Source of the DNA: Pseudomonadota bacterium
GTDB taxonomy: Bacteria > Pseudomonadota > Alphaproteobacteria > Sphingomonadales > CAKZYD01
DNA length: 64,000 nucleotides
Assembly (NCBI GenBank): GCA_039814715.1
Contig: JBCCAR010000003.1
Location: 23,250-87,249, forward strand
Direction: 5' to 3'
The translations under genes and the position numbers were made by a program. Below, one piece after another: positions 45,748 through 55,272 of the stretch. Position 1 is the stretch's first letter, and each line of letters begins with the position of its first letter. The notes beneath the pieces were generated by a model, which worked only from the letters and a program-made list of their open reading frames with translations, made no database searches and had not been told where the DNA came from.

Positions 45748-46245
45748 ATGACAAAAATGGCGACGATTTTCGCTTTGGCACTTTGCTTGTTGTCCAGCGC
45801 AGCACGGGCAGATGACCATAAAATGGAAGTTGGGACCTGCGATAATGAACCTGTGGTGATGGTGGTCAACGGTGTGACCTTTGATCGCCCACAAATGCAA
45901 GCCTATGGCAAAGCCATTTCTGACAACGGCATTTACGAAGTGCTGCGCGGGTATTATCTAAATATGCCGCTCCCCATTGCCGTGTTTGAGGGGGACGTGC
46001 CGAAAAACTATACCACGCTCATCGTCAGGTTTCCCTGTTTTGCCCATGCCAAAGCGTTTTGGTATTCAGACGTCTACCAAAACGTGATCAAGCCGATGCG
46101 AACGAAAACAAATGCCGGCAAATACACCGTCACTGTGTATAAAGAAATCGATATCCCAGCGTACATGACGGACAAAGTCCAAGAAGCGCCATATCTTGAA
46201 ACTTTCGATGTGAGCCCGTCTAAAACTATTGAGCAAATCGACTAA
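45748..46245 (+). CDS. DUF1330-domain protein with signal peptide
   Basis: The start ATG 45748 follows GGAG. Signal MATIFALALCLLSSAARA. The body resembles DUF1330 (dimeric alpha-beta barrel) proteins. Confidence 0.5.
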   Translation: MTKMATIFALALCLLSSAARADDHKMEVGTCDNEPVVMVVNGVTFDRPQMQAYGKAISDNGIYEVLRGYYLNMPLPIAVFEGDVPKNYTTLIVRFPCFAHAKAFWYSDVYQNVIKPMRTKTNAGKYTVTVYKEIDIPAYMTDKVQEAPYLETFDVSPSKTIEQID

Positions 46246-46349
46246 CGGGACGCCTTTGATGTTTCGGTCTGCTTGAGGCCATTTGCTCTTTGCTTTTGTG
46301 CGAAAACAGGGGTAGCCCACGGTGAGGCAACCTGAGCGAAGGACGCGGA

Positions 46350-47744
46350 ATGTCACAGGCTCCCAGTGAAGACCCGCAAACGCTAACGCCCGCGGACGAT
46401 ACGCGTGATACGCCAGAGCTACCCGTCCGCGATATTCGCACCTTTATTGAAACCGAAAACCGTGATCAGTTGCTCGCGCTTGTCGAGCCTCTGCATGAAG
46501 CCGATGTGGCAGATATTATCGAGCAGTTGTCACCGCCAGAGCGTTCGCAGTTCGTTACACTATTAGCAGATGAGTTCACGCCTGAAGTCTTGTCCGAACT
46601 GCGTTATTCTGTGCGCAGTGATTTGCTCGACGCGATCCCCAATGCGCAAATCGCAGAAGCATTAGAGCAGCTTGAAACCGACGACTCGGTCGACATTCTC
46701 CAAGACCTTAATGAGAGTGATCAGCGCGAAGTCCTTGATGCGTTTGATAATTCCGCTGAACGACGCGCCATTGAAGAGGCGCTCACCTATCCTGAGGATT
46801 CCGCCGGCCGGCTGATGCAGCGCCAACATATTGCGGTGCCAGAATATTGGAGCATCGGGCGCACAATAGACTATCTGCGCGACAATCAGGCCCTCACGTC
46901 TGAATTCTGGGAAATATTTGTTGTTGATCCGAGATATCGCCCCGTAGGGACCCTCGCGCTCTCACACATCTTAAGGTCCGCGCGTGATGTGTCTGTCAGC
47001 GACATCATGTTGACCGAACAAACATTCATTCCAGTGGACATGGATCAGGAGGAGGTAGCCTACCGCTTTCAGCAATACCACTTAATTTCCGCTGCTGTGA
47101 CGGACCCGCGCGGCCGCCTTGTTGGTATGATTACAGTTGATGACGTTGTTGGCGTGATAAATGAAGAAGCGGAAGAAGACATTCTTGCGCTCGCCGGTGT
47201 GTCTGAAAGCGATGTGAATACCTCCATCGTGCAAACCACGAAAACGCGCTTCATTTGGCTCTTTGTCAATCTGATAACGGCGGTTCTTGCGTCGCTTGTG
47301 ATCGCGCTCTTTGAAGATGAAATCGGTCAGCTGGTCGCCCTTGCGGTGTTGATGCCCATCGTGGCCTCGATGGGCGGGAATGCGGGCACGCAGACGCTGA
47401 CGGTGACCGTGCGCTCCCTTGCAACGCGGGACTTGTCCGGCGCGAATTTATGGCGCGTTTTGAACCGCGAAGTAGTTGTTAGCTTTATCAACGGCGTATT
47501 GCTTGCCATTATCCTGGGCGTGGTGTCTAGCTTGTGGTTTGAAAATCTTGAACTTGGCGCTGTGATCGCCTTTTCCATGATCATCAATCTCGTTGCAGCT
47601 GGCCTTGCCGGGATGCTTGTACCGGTTGTTCTGGACCGGCTGAAGATTGATCCGGCCGTCGCATCTTCTGTTTTCGTGACAACGGTAACGGACATTGTCG
47701 GCTTTTTCGTATTTTTAGGACTTGCCGCGTACATACTCCTTTAA
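46350..47744 (+). CDS. mgtE: Magnesium transporter MgtE
   Basis: N-domain, tandem CBS region (LTEQTFIPVDMDQEEVA...ISAAVTDPRGRLVGMITVDDVV) and TM domain with PIVASMGGNAGTQT. Confidence 0.88.
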   Translation: MSQAPSEDPQTLTPADDTRDTPELPVRDIRTFIETENRDQLLALVEPLHEADVADIIEQLSPPERSQFVTLLADEFTPEVLSELRYSVRSDLLDAIPNAQIAEALEQLETDDSVDILQDLNESDQREVLDAFDNSAERRAIEEALTYPEDSAGRLMQRQHIAVPEYWSIGRTIDYLRDNQALTSEFWEIFVVDPRYRPVGTLALSHILRSARDVSVSDIMLTEQTFIPVDMDQEEVAYRFQQYHLISAAVTDPRGRLVGMITVDDVVGVINEEAEEDILALAGVSESDVNTSIVQTTKTRFIWLFVNLITAVLASLVIALFEDEIGQLVALAVLMPIVASMGGNAGTQTLTVTVRSLATRDLSGANLWRVLNREVVVSFINGVLLAIILGVVSSLWFENLELGAVIAFSMIINLVAAGLAGMLVPVVLDRLKIDPAVASSVFVTTVTDIVGFFVFLGLAAYILL

Positions 47745-48523
47745 TGGAGATGAAGCGCATATTGCTGGTGGATGACGAGCCCATTGTGGCCAAGCTCTAC
47801 ACCCGTGCCCTCACCAATGCGGGGCATGATGTTGCCTATGCGTCAGATGGTGCCGAAGGGTTTGAAATGGCTAAAACAGAGCCATTTGACCTTATCATTA
47901 CCGATATGCAGATGCCCCGCAGAACGGGTGCTCAGCTGGCGGAAGCACTGACCAAACGAGAGTTGAAGCATTGTCCAATTTTGCTGCTGTCCGCCAGCGA
48001 CAGCGGGGAGGGGCTGGTCTCTTGTGTTGAAGCTGGCTGTGACGACTTCATGCGCAAGGGCGACAGCTTTCACTCAATCATTGGCCGGGTGACGTTTTGG
48101 CTGTCTGCTCCTCTAAAAGCGCTGCCGGACGATGCACGCGCCATTTTCATTCAGCGGACGCCCGAAGTTGCCACTGAAATCACCGCCTTGCATCAGTTGG
48201 GCCGCAGCCGCTGGCTGCTGGAAGAGCGTGCGGCCTTAGCGCTTGAAGATCAATTGCATGGGCTGCCGGAACGTTACTTTGACGATCTGCAGGCCCGGCG
48301 GCGCCTGTTAGGCTTTGTTGCCGGCGTATTGGACCGGCTGGGCAGATCAGACCCGCTTTCCTATTTGCGCCGCGGTGACTTAATGCTGGCATGCGTATCG
48401 CTGATCCTGCCCGATCAAGTGGAGCAAATTCGCAGCGATTTGGCAGACTTTGAAATTCTGGCGAAGGACGCTACCTATCGTCATGCAAAACAAACACTGC
48501 TTCTCAATCCCATAGGCCCATGA
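47744..48523 (+). CDS. Response regulator: receiver domain plus uncharacterised C-terminal domain of about 130 aa
   Basis: KRILLVDDEP...DLIITDMQMP...ILLLSA...DDFMRKG receiver signature. I recognise no output domain. The start overlaps the mgtE stop. Confidence 0.75.
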   Translation: MEMKRILLVDDEPIVAKLYTRALTNAGHDVAYASDGAEGFEMAKTEPFDLIITDMQMPRRTGAQLAEALTKRELKHCPILLLSASDSGEGLVSCVEAGCDDFMRKGDSFHSIIGRVTFWLSAPLKALPDDARAIFIQRTPEVATEITALHQLGRSRWLLEERAALALEDQLHGLPERYFDDLQARRRLLGFVAGVLDRLGRSDPLSYLRRGDLMLACVSLILPDQVEQIRSDLADFEILAKDATYRHAKQTLLLNPIGP

Positions 48524-48948
48524 CCATTCACCTCCTCAAAGTTGCTGTCGGCGCAGAAACGGTTGAGGACCTTATTGAACGGCAAAAAGCGTGGCACGTC
48601 ACGAACGGTGCAGGCGAGACCATATTCCGGGTGCGCACACGCCAAACCCCGCGCCGGCAGGACGAGCTGCTGGCTGGCGGCTCGCTGTATTGGATCATCA
48701 AAGGATTTGTGCGCGCACGCCAACGAATCTTGGCGTTTGAACCGACCGTTATAGACGGACGCGATCACATGCTCATCCATTTAGAAGAGCCGATAACGAA
48801 GACACAGCTGCATCCGCGCGGGCCGCATCAAGGCTGGCGCTATTTAAAGCCTGAAGCTTCGCCCGCGGACTTAGAAGAAAGTGATGCAGTTTACGAATCA
48901 ATGCCGCCAAAGCTGCTCAATTCCCTAAAAGAATTGGCGCTGCTGTAG
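48520..48948 (+). CDS. DUF1489-family protein
   Basis: 142 aa. MTIHLLKVAVGAETVEDL... and GGSLYWIIKG resemble DUF1489. The ATGA overlaps the upstream stop. Confidence 0.55.
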   Translation: MTIHLLKVAVGAETVEDLIERQKAWHVTNGAGETIFRVRTRQTPRRQDELLAGGSLYWIIKGFVRARQRILAFEPTVIDGRDHMLIHLEEPITKTQLHPRGPHQGWRYLKPEASPADLEESDAVYESMPPKLLNSLKELALL

Positions 48949-48969
48949 AACTCTCCACAGAAATACCTT

Positions 48970-49015
48970 GTCAACACGTTGACTTATTTTTTCTTTGAGC
49001 CACAACATATTGTGG
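48970..49015. promoter_or_regulatory. Two short palindromes in the mipZ upstream region
   Basis: GTCAAC-AC-GTTGAC (48970-48983) and CCACAA-CATA-TTGTGG (49000-49015), 25-70 nt before the mipZ ATG. Confidence 0.3.
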
Positions 49016-49039
49016 TTACAGGCGGGAGAGATAAGCATC

Positions 49040-49870
49040 ATGCGACCTCATATTGTCGTCTTGGGAAATGAAAAGGGTGGGTCTGGAAAATCGACCACCG
49101 CGATGCATCTCACCATCGCATGCTTGAAGATGGGTATGAGGACCGGCGTCCTCGATCTCGATGGACGCCAGCGCACTTTGGCCCGATACTTAGAGAACCG
49201 CGTGGAATTTGGTGAGCGGCATGGCCTCAATTTAAAGGTCCCGCACTTCGCCGCGCTCACTCCGATCGATCAATCTGTTGGTGGCAGCATTGAAGAGAAA
49301 GAGGCAATCTTGCTGGATCAAGCTGTCGCGGAGATCGGTAAAGATAAAGACATTTTGGTGGTGGATTGCCCTGGGTCCAACTCAAACCTTGGCCGCCTTG
49401 GACACCTTTTGGCAGACACATTGGTTACGCCAATCAACGATAGCTTTGTAGACTTTGATCTACTGGCAAAAGTTGACCCGGACACCTTAAAAATAAAACG
49501 TCCATCGTTTTATTCGGAGATGGTGTGGAACGCGCGCCAGCAGCGGGCCAGTGCCGGGGGCACGCCAATCGACTGGGTCGTGATGCGCAACCGCTTGTCG
49601 CATGTGAACGCGCGCAACAAGCAGCGGGTCGATACTGCTGTGCGCGAACTGTCACGCCGCGTGGGCTTTCGGTACATTCAAGGGCTGTCTGAGCGTGTTA
49701 TTTACCGTGAGATGTTTGTCAATGGTTTGACATTGTTAGACTTGCGCGAAGCGAGTCCAAAGGGCGGCTTGACAATGAGCCATGTTGCTGCGCGTCAGGA
49801 GCTTCGTGATTTAATGATTGGCCTTAAATTGCCCGGATTTGAAGATCATTTAAACGCGCAGACAGCTTAA
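49040..49870 (+). CDS. mipZ: Division-plane positioning ATPase MipZ (ParA/MinD superfamily)
   Basis: HIVVLGNEKGGSGKSTTAMHL...LDLDGRQRTLARYLENR closely follows Caulobacter MipZ. The start ATG 49040 follows GGGAGAG. Confidence 0.85.
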   Translation: MRPHIVVLGNEKGGSGKSTTAMHLTIACLKMGMRTGVLDLDGRQRTLARYLENRVEFGERHGLNLKVPHFAALTPIDQSVGGSIEEKEAILLDQAVAEIGKDKDILVVDCPGSNSNLGRLGHLLADTLVTPINDSFVDFDLLAKVDPDTLKIKRPSFYSEMVWNARQQRASAGGTPIDWVVMRNRLSHVNARNKQRVDTAVRELSRRVGFRYIQGLSERVIYREMFVNGLTLLDLREASPKGGLTMSHVAARQELRDLMIGLKLPGFEDHLNAQTA

Positions 49871-49910
49871 CTGAATTGAAAGCGCACCGGCGCACCCCTA
49901 CGTAATCGGT

Positions 49911-50657
49911 ATGACGGAACGTTCCAAGTCGCTGAAAAAAAGTCCGGTTATCCCTAAGGAGGGGCAATGCACTCCTGCGGTGGATGCGTTTTTGAGCGAC
50001 GTGAAGCAGACGCCAATTGTGCGCCGAGCAAAACGTCGTGGCCGGATTGTTTTTGCCCTCGATGCCACCATGAGCCGCGCGCCGACATGGCGGCTTGCGC
50101 GGCAAGTGCAAAGTGAAATGTTTGTGGCTGCTGAGGAAATGGGCGGCCTTGAAGTTCAGGTAGTTTTTTTTCGCGGGCAGGGCGAGCTGCGCAAGAGCGC
50201 TTGGACCAAAAGGTCCGGAACATTGGCGGACCGCATGTCGCGTGTGCAATGCCGTAGTGGCTTGACCCAGATAGCGCGTGTTTTAAAGCACACAGCCACA
50301 CAAGCAGAAATGGATAACGTTGACGCGCTGGTCTATATCGGAGACGCAGTGGAAGAGAACCCTGATCTTTTGGGAGACCTAGCTGGTAAGCTTGGTCTTC
50401 GAAATGTAAAGCTATTTGCGTTTCAAGAGGGGCAAGATCGCCAGGTCGAAACCATTATGCGCGATTTAGCACGCTTGACCAACGGGGCCTATGCACACTT
50501 TGACACCTCCAGCCCCGACACCTTGAAGGCCCTGCTGCGTGCCGTAGGTGCTTATGCTGCTGGCGGATTATCGGCCTTAAAATCACTCGCGTCGAAAGAG
50601 CCAGAAGCCTCGGCGTTGCTGCGCCAAATTCCCAGCGGAGACTCTGCTGCGTCATGA
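49911..50657 (+). CDS. VWA-like domain protein, function unknown
   Basis: 248 aa. MIDAS-like VFALDATMS (DxTxS), then an alternating beta/alpha pattern through ALVYIGDA. Confidence 0.5.
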   Translation: MTERSKSLKKSPVIPKEGQCTPAVDAFLSDVKQTPIVRRAKRRGRIVFALDATMSRAPTWRLARQVQSEMFVAAEEMGGLEVQVVFFRGQGELRKSAWTKRSGTLADRMSRVQCRSGLTQIARVLKHTATQAEMDNVDALVYIGDAVEENPDLLGDLAGKLGLRNVKLFAFQEGQDRQVETIMRDLARLTNGAYAHFDTSSPDTLKALLRAVGAYAAGGLSALKSLASKEPEASALLRQIPSGDSAAS

Positions 50658-51382
50658 CCTGGCTGTTGATTGGTATTTTGATCGCCGCCGGTATATGGGC
50701 GGCGCTGCGCTGGTATACAAATGCGGACCCAGCTCTTGTTCGCAAAGGCCTCGCTGGGTTTGCGCTACTTTTTCTTGCTGGAGTGGTCGTCTTGCTTGTT
50801 TTGACAGGCAGGGGAACAGCGTCGCTGCCATTTCTCGCGGGCGCCGTGATGGCTTATGGCCGGTTGCGGCAGGGCTTTGGGCTTTTAACCTTTTTGCAGC
50901 GCTTGTGGGGCGCCACTACGCAAAGCGATAGAAATACGAGCGAGATTGAGACACGCTATCTGGCGATGTCGCTGAATAAGACAACCGGTGAAATGGACGG
51001 CAAAGTCTTACACGGCCTTTATAAAGGGCAACGTTTAAGCGCCTTAAGCCAGATAGAATTGCTTGAAAAATATGCTGAATTGCGACGCGAAGATGCAGAA
51101 AGTGCGCGGCTTTTGGAAGCCTATTTAGACCGCGTGATTGGCGCTGGCTGGCGTGAGCAAGCTGGCGGCGGGTCAAGTGGATCGCGAAGCTCTCATTGCG
51201 GTAATGTCAGCCCGAAGCGCGCAGCGGAGATTCTCGGCGTGGCAATCGATGCCAGCAAGGAGGACATATTAGCTGCCCATAAAAGGCTGATGAAAGCAGC
51301 GCATCCCGACCAGGGCGGTTCAGATTACCTCGCGCAGCAGATCAATGGCGCAAAAGACGTTTTATTAAAAGCTTCATCCTAA
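50654..51382 (+). CDS. Membrane-anchored J-domain protein (DjlA-like co-chaperone)
   Basis: There are N-terminal TM helices. The C-terminal J domain has AAEILGV....SKEDILAAHKRLMKAAHPDQGGS (HPD motif). The ATGA overlaps the VWA gene stop. Confidence 0.7.
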   Translation: MTWLLIGILIAAGIWAALRWYTNADPALVRKGLAGFALLFLAGVVVLLVLTGRGTASLPFLAGAVMAYGRLRQGFGLLTFLQRLWGATTQSDRNTSEIETRYLAMSLNKTTGEMDGKVLHGLYKGQRLSALSQIELLEKYAELRREDAESARLLEAYLDRVIGAGWREQAGGGSSGSRSSHCGNVSPKRAAEILGVAIDASKEDILAAHKRLMKAAHPDQGGSDYLAQQINGAKDVLLKASS

Positions 51383-51471
51383 GAGATGAATTGAGGGTCG
51401 ATCCTTCGGCATCAATCGGATATGCCATGGCCGTGAGTATAAAGGACGGATGGCGAGCAAAGGAACTTTAA

Positions 51472-52359
51472 TTGGCACAAAAATCAAAGAAAGTCCGTAA
51501 GGCAATTTTCCCGGTTGGCGGTCTTGGAACGCGGTTTTTGCCAGCGACAAAAGCCATGCCGAAAGAGATGTTGCCGGTGGTCGATAAGCCGCTCATTCAG
51601 TATGCGGTGGATGAAGCTGTCGCGGCAGGCATTGAACAGTGCATTTTTGTGACCGGCCGCGGCAAAGGCGCGATCGAAGATCATTTCGATTATTCTTACG
51701 AACTCCAGGACACGCTGGAGGCCAAGGGCAAGAAAGATCTCCTGTCTCAAGTCCTTGCGCCAGTGCGAACACCGGGGTCCATCTCCTATGTCCGCCAGCA
51801 AGAACCGCTTGGTCTTGGTCATGCAGTTTGGTGCGCACGTCACTTTGTGAAAGATGAACCGGTCGCGATTTTGTTGGCCGATGACCTCATCAAATCAGGC
51901 CGTTCTTGTATTGCGCAGATGCTGGATGTTGTGGAGCAAGAAGGGGGCAATGTCATTGCTGCGATGGAAGTGCCTGATGAGCATACGCATCGTTATGGCA
52001 TCATTTCGCCCGGCGCGAAGCGCGATAACATCACGGAAGTCAAAAGCTTGGTTGAAAAACCCAAACCTGGCACATCGCCGTCAAACTTGGCGGTGATTGG
52101 CCGCTATGTGTTGCAGCCTGAAATCTTTGATGAGCTGGATCGCCAAGAAACGGGCGCGGGTGGGGAAGTTCAGCTCACAGACGCCATGGCGCGCTTAATT
52201 GGTAAACAACCCTTCAATGGTCTTGCCTTTGACGGGGAGCGTTTCGATTGCGGCGATAAAATCGGTTATATCGAAGCCACACTTGCTTTTGGCCTTGGGC
52301 GCGATGATTTGCGCGAGGGCGTGTCGGCGGCTGTCGAAAAGGCCTATAAGTCTCTGTAA
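51472..52359 (+). CDS. galU: UTP--glucose-1-phosphate uridylyltransferase
   Basis: KAIFPVGGLGTRFLPATKAMPKEMLPVVDKPLIQY signature. TTG start after AAGGAA. Confidence 0.9.
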   Translation: MAQKSKKVRKAIFPVGGLGTRFLPATKAMPKEMLPVVDKPLIQYAVDEAVAAGIEQCIFVTGRGKGAIEDHFDYSYELQDTLEAKGKKDLLSQVLAPVRTPGSISYVRQQEPLGLGHAVWCARHFVKDEPVAILLADDLIKSGRSCIAQMLDVVEQEGGNVIAAMEVPDEHTHRYGIISPGAKRDNITEVKSLVEKPKPGTSPSNLAVIGRYVLQPEIFDELDRQETGAGGEVQLTDAMARLIGKQPFNGLAFDGERFDCGDKIGYIEATLAFGLGRDDLREGVSAAVEKAYKSL

Positions 52360-52422
52360 ACATTTGATGAGTACATGCGTAACCCATTGATTTTTCATTC
52401 TGTCGTGCAGGGGAACTGAAAT

Positions 52423-53727
52423 ATGCGCATCACAATGGTCGGTACAGGATATGTGGGGCTGGTCTCCGGTGCATGTTTTTCTGAATTTGGACACGATGTT
52501 GTCTGCGTCGACAAAGATGCCAGCAAAATTGAGCGCCTAGAAAATGGCGAAATCCCGATCTTTGAGCCCGGGCTCGATGCGCTTGTTGAAAGCAATGTGG
52601 CAGCAGGCCGGTTGTCGTTCTCAACCGATCTTGCCAAAGCTGTACCGGGCTCTGAGGCTATTTTTATTGCCGTCGGAACGCCAAGCCGGCGCGGAGATGG
52701 CCATGCCGATTTGCAGTATGTTTATGCCGCCGCGGAGGAAATTGGTTCGCTGCTGAGCGGCTATGCTGTTGTTGTGAACAAGTCCACTGTCCCGGTTGGG
52801 ACTGGGGCCGAAGTTGAAGCTTTAATCAAAAAAGTGAGTCCAGACCTGGAATTTGATGTGGCCTCAAACCCGGAATTTCTGCGGGAAGGCTCGGCGATTG
52901 AGGACTTTATGCGTCCCGACCGTGTGGTTGTTGGCACCTCATCTGACCGTGCGCGCGAGGTTTTGAGCCGGCTCTACAGGCCGCTCTCGCTGCGGGAGAC
53001 AAAAATTCTGTTTACCGAGCGCACAACGTCTGAACTCATCAAATATGCAGCCAATTCGTTTCTAGCGACCAAAATTAGTTTCATTAATGAGATGGCTGAT
53101 TTGTGCGAAGCCGTTGGCGCAAATGTGCAAGAAGTGGCGAAAGGGATTGGACTTGATGGCCGTATCGGTTCTAAATTCCTCCATGCTGGGCCTGGCTATG
53201 GCGGCAGTTGCTTCCCCAAAGATACGCTGGCTTTGCTGAAAACATCGGAAGACTACAAAGTGCCGCTGCAGATCGTGTCAGCGGTCGTGGATGTGAACTC
53301 AAACCGCAAAAAGGCCTTGGCGCAGCGTGTCTCTGCCATGTTAGGCGGCGATGTCGCTGGTAAAACGGTTGCCGTACTCGGCCTTACATTTAAGCCGAAT
53401 ACAGACGATATGCGCGATAGCCCGTCTCTTGATCTTATTCCCGCGCTTGTGGATGCCGGAGCGACCGTACAGGCGTGCGATCCTGAAGGGGTCGAGCAGG
53501 CCCGCCCGATGCTGCCGAACATCACCTATTGCGATGATGCATATGAAGCGTTGAATGGCGCGGACATTGTGGTTCTTCTGACGGAGTGGAACGCTTACCG
53601 TGCGCTCGATTTGGACCGTATGAAACAGCTTATGACTGCTCCGCGTATGCTCGACTTGCGTAATGTATACCCACCCGAAGAATTGCGCGATGCCGGCTTT
53701 ACCTATGAGAGCATCGGCCGCTCCTAG
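52423..53727 (+). CDS. ugd: UDP-glucose 6-dehydrogenase
   Basis: MRITMVGTGYVGLVSGACF Rossmann start and catalytic GGSCFPKD motif. Confidence 0.9.
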   Translation: MRITMVGTGYVGLVSGACFSEFGHDVVCVDKDASKIERLENGEIPIFEPGLDALVESNVAAGRLSFSTDLAKAVPGSEAIFIAVGTPSRRGDGHADLQYVYAAAEEIGSLLSGYAVVVNKSTVPVGTGAEVEALIKKVSPDLEFDVASNPEFLREGSAIEDFMRPDRVVVGTSSDRAREVLSRLYRPLSLRETKILFTERTTSELIKYAANSFLATKISFINEMADLCEAVGANVQEVAKGIGLDGRIGSKFLHAGPGYGGSCFPKDTLALLKTSEDYKVPLQIVSAVVDVNSNRKKALAQRVSAMLGGDVAGKTVAVLGLTFKPNTDDMRDSPSLDLIPALVDAGATVQACDPEGVEQARPMLPNITYCDDAYEALNGADIVVLLTEWNAYRALDLDRMKQLMTAPRMLDLRNVYPPEELRDAGFTYESIGRS

Positions 53728-53783
53728 GTCTCCGGGCCTCCTGCATATTTTCTCAATCAATCGTGCACTGACAAACGAAAGCC

Positions 53784-55172
53784 ATGCCAATGACGTCTCA
53801 CACCTTTGATGCAACAGTTTTGCGCGAATACGATATCCGCGGGATCGTCGGCACGACCTTAAGCCGAGAGGACGCTGTTGCTGTTGGTAAGTCCCTTGGC
53901 AGTGTGATTGTGCGTTCAGGCGGAAGCAGTGTCGCGGTTGGCCGTGATGGACGCCTTAGTTCACCTGAAATGGCGCAAGGTGTTTGTGACGGGCTTGCGA
54001 GCACAGGGTTGGACGTCATTCGTGTTGGCGTGGGCCCGACGCCAATGCTGTATTTTTCGGTTTTTGAACTGGATTTAGACGGCGGCGTGATGGTGACAGG
54101 GTCACATAATCCGCCGGATTATAATGGCTTTAAAATGATGCTGGGCAAAAAGCCGTGCTTTGGCGCGCAAATCCAAAACCTCGGCCAGATCGCTGCGAAG
54201 GGTGATTATGAAGTTGGGGAGGGCAGTCAGCGCGACCACGATATTTTTGATCGTTACATTGAGCGGATCGTAGAGGATTTTGATGGTGCTGACCTTAATG
54301 TTGCTTGGGACCCAGGCAACGGCGCTGCTGGTGATGCGACAAAAGCGCTGGTGGCAAAGCTGCCGGGGCGCCATGTGCTCATCAATGAAGAGATTGATGG
54401 AACATTCCCAAACCATCATCCCGATCCTACGGTTGAGAAGAACCTCGAACAGCTAAAAGCCGTTGTCGCCGCTGAGAAGCTTGATCTAGGCATTGCCTTT
54501 GATGGCGACGGCGACCGTATTGGCGCCATCGATGCGCAGGGCCGCGTTGTTTGGGGCGATCAAATGATCGATATCCTGGCTCAGGATATTTTGGACGAGC
54601 TGCCAGGCAGCACTATCATTGCTGACGTGAAAGCCTCGAAGACGCTGTTCGACAGCGTGGCCGCTAAGGGTGGTAAGCCGCTGATGTGGAAGACGGGGCA
54701 CTCTCTTATCAAGAACAAAATGGCTGAAGAAAAAGCGCCGCTCGCGGGCGAAATGAGCGGCCACATCTTTTTTGCACATAAATTTTATGGCTATGATGAT
54801 GCGCTGTATGTCGCGCTGCGCCTCATGAACGCGATCGCCAACCAAGGCGGCGATTTAGCCGCTATTCGAGATAAAATGCCGGCCGTTGTGAATACGCCTG
54901 AGCTACGTTTCCCCTGCGATGAAACGCGCAAGTTCGCAGTCGTAGAGGAAGTGGTGGCGCGCCTGAAAGCGGCTAATGCCGACATCAATGATATCGATGG
55001 CGCGCGCGTAACGACGCCAGATGGCTGGTGGTTGCTCCGGGCCTCTAACACACAAGATGTGTTGGTCGCGCGGTGCGAGGCAGAAACGAACGCAGGCCTA
55101 GAAGCTCTGAAGACCTTGGTTAAAGAGCAGCTTGCCGCTTCCGGGCTTAACCCAGACTTGCTCGATGCCTAA
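53784..55172 (+). CDS. Phosphomannomutase/phosphoglucomutase (alpha-D-phosphohexomutase)
   Basis: Active-site loop [16 protein letters not shown], metal loop FDGDGDR and sugar loop GEMSGH. Confidence 0.9.
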   Translation: MPMTSHTFDATVLREYDIRGIVGTTLSREDAVAVGKSLGSVIVRSGGSSVAVGRDGRLSSPEMAQGVCDGLASTGLDVIRVGVGPTPMLYFSVFELDLDGGVMVTGSHNPPDYNGFKMMLGKKPCFGAQIQNLGQIAAKGDYEVGEGSQRDHDIFDRYIERIVEDFDGADLNVAWDPGNGAAGDATKALVAKLPGRHVLINEEIDGTFPNHHPDPTVEKNLEQLKAVVAAEKLDLGIAFDGDGDRIGAIDAQGRVVWGDQMIDILAQDILDELPGSTIIADVKASKTLFDSVAAKGGKPLMWKTGHSLIKNKMAEEKAPLAGEMSGHIFFAHKFYGYDDALYVALRLMNAIANQGGDLAAIRDKMPAVVNTPELRFPCDETRKFAVVEEVVARLKAANADINDIDGARVTTPDGWWLLRASNTQDVLVARCEAETNAGLEALKTLVKEQLAASGLNPDLLDA

Positions 55173-55199
55173 TGCACTGAATTAGAATGGAAAACTGTC

Positions 55200-55272
55200 T
55201 TTTGTGCAGTGCACAAAAATGCTCTTGACTTTTTTGCGATAATTCTTATTTTCTCAATTGTTGCAGCGCAAC
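55200..55272. promoter_or_regulatory. Two TGC-N3-GCA palindromes upstream of the phasin gene (PhaR-like operator candidates)
   Basis: TTTTGTGCA-G-TGCACAAAA (55200-55218, perfect 19 bp) and GTTGC-AGC-GCAAC (55260-55272). A TTGACT -35-like hexamer lies between them. Confidence 0.45.

Noticed and set aside
46246-46349. Mg2+ (M-box/ykoK) riboswitch upstream of mgtE.
   Set aside because: The spacer is only about 100 nt, shorter than an M-box aptamer plus expression platform, and I see none of the conserved M-box helices. It should still be excluded formally with cmsearch.
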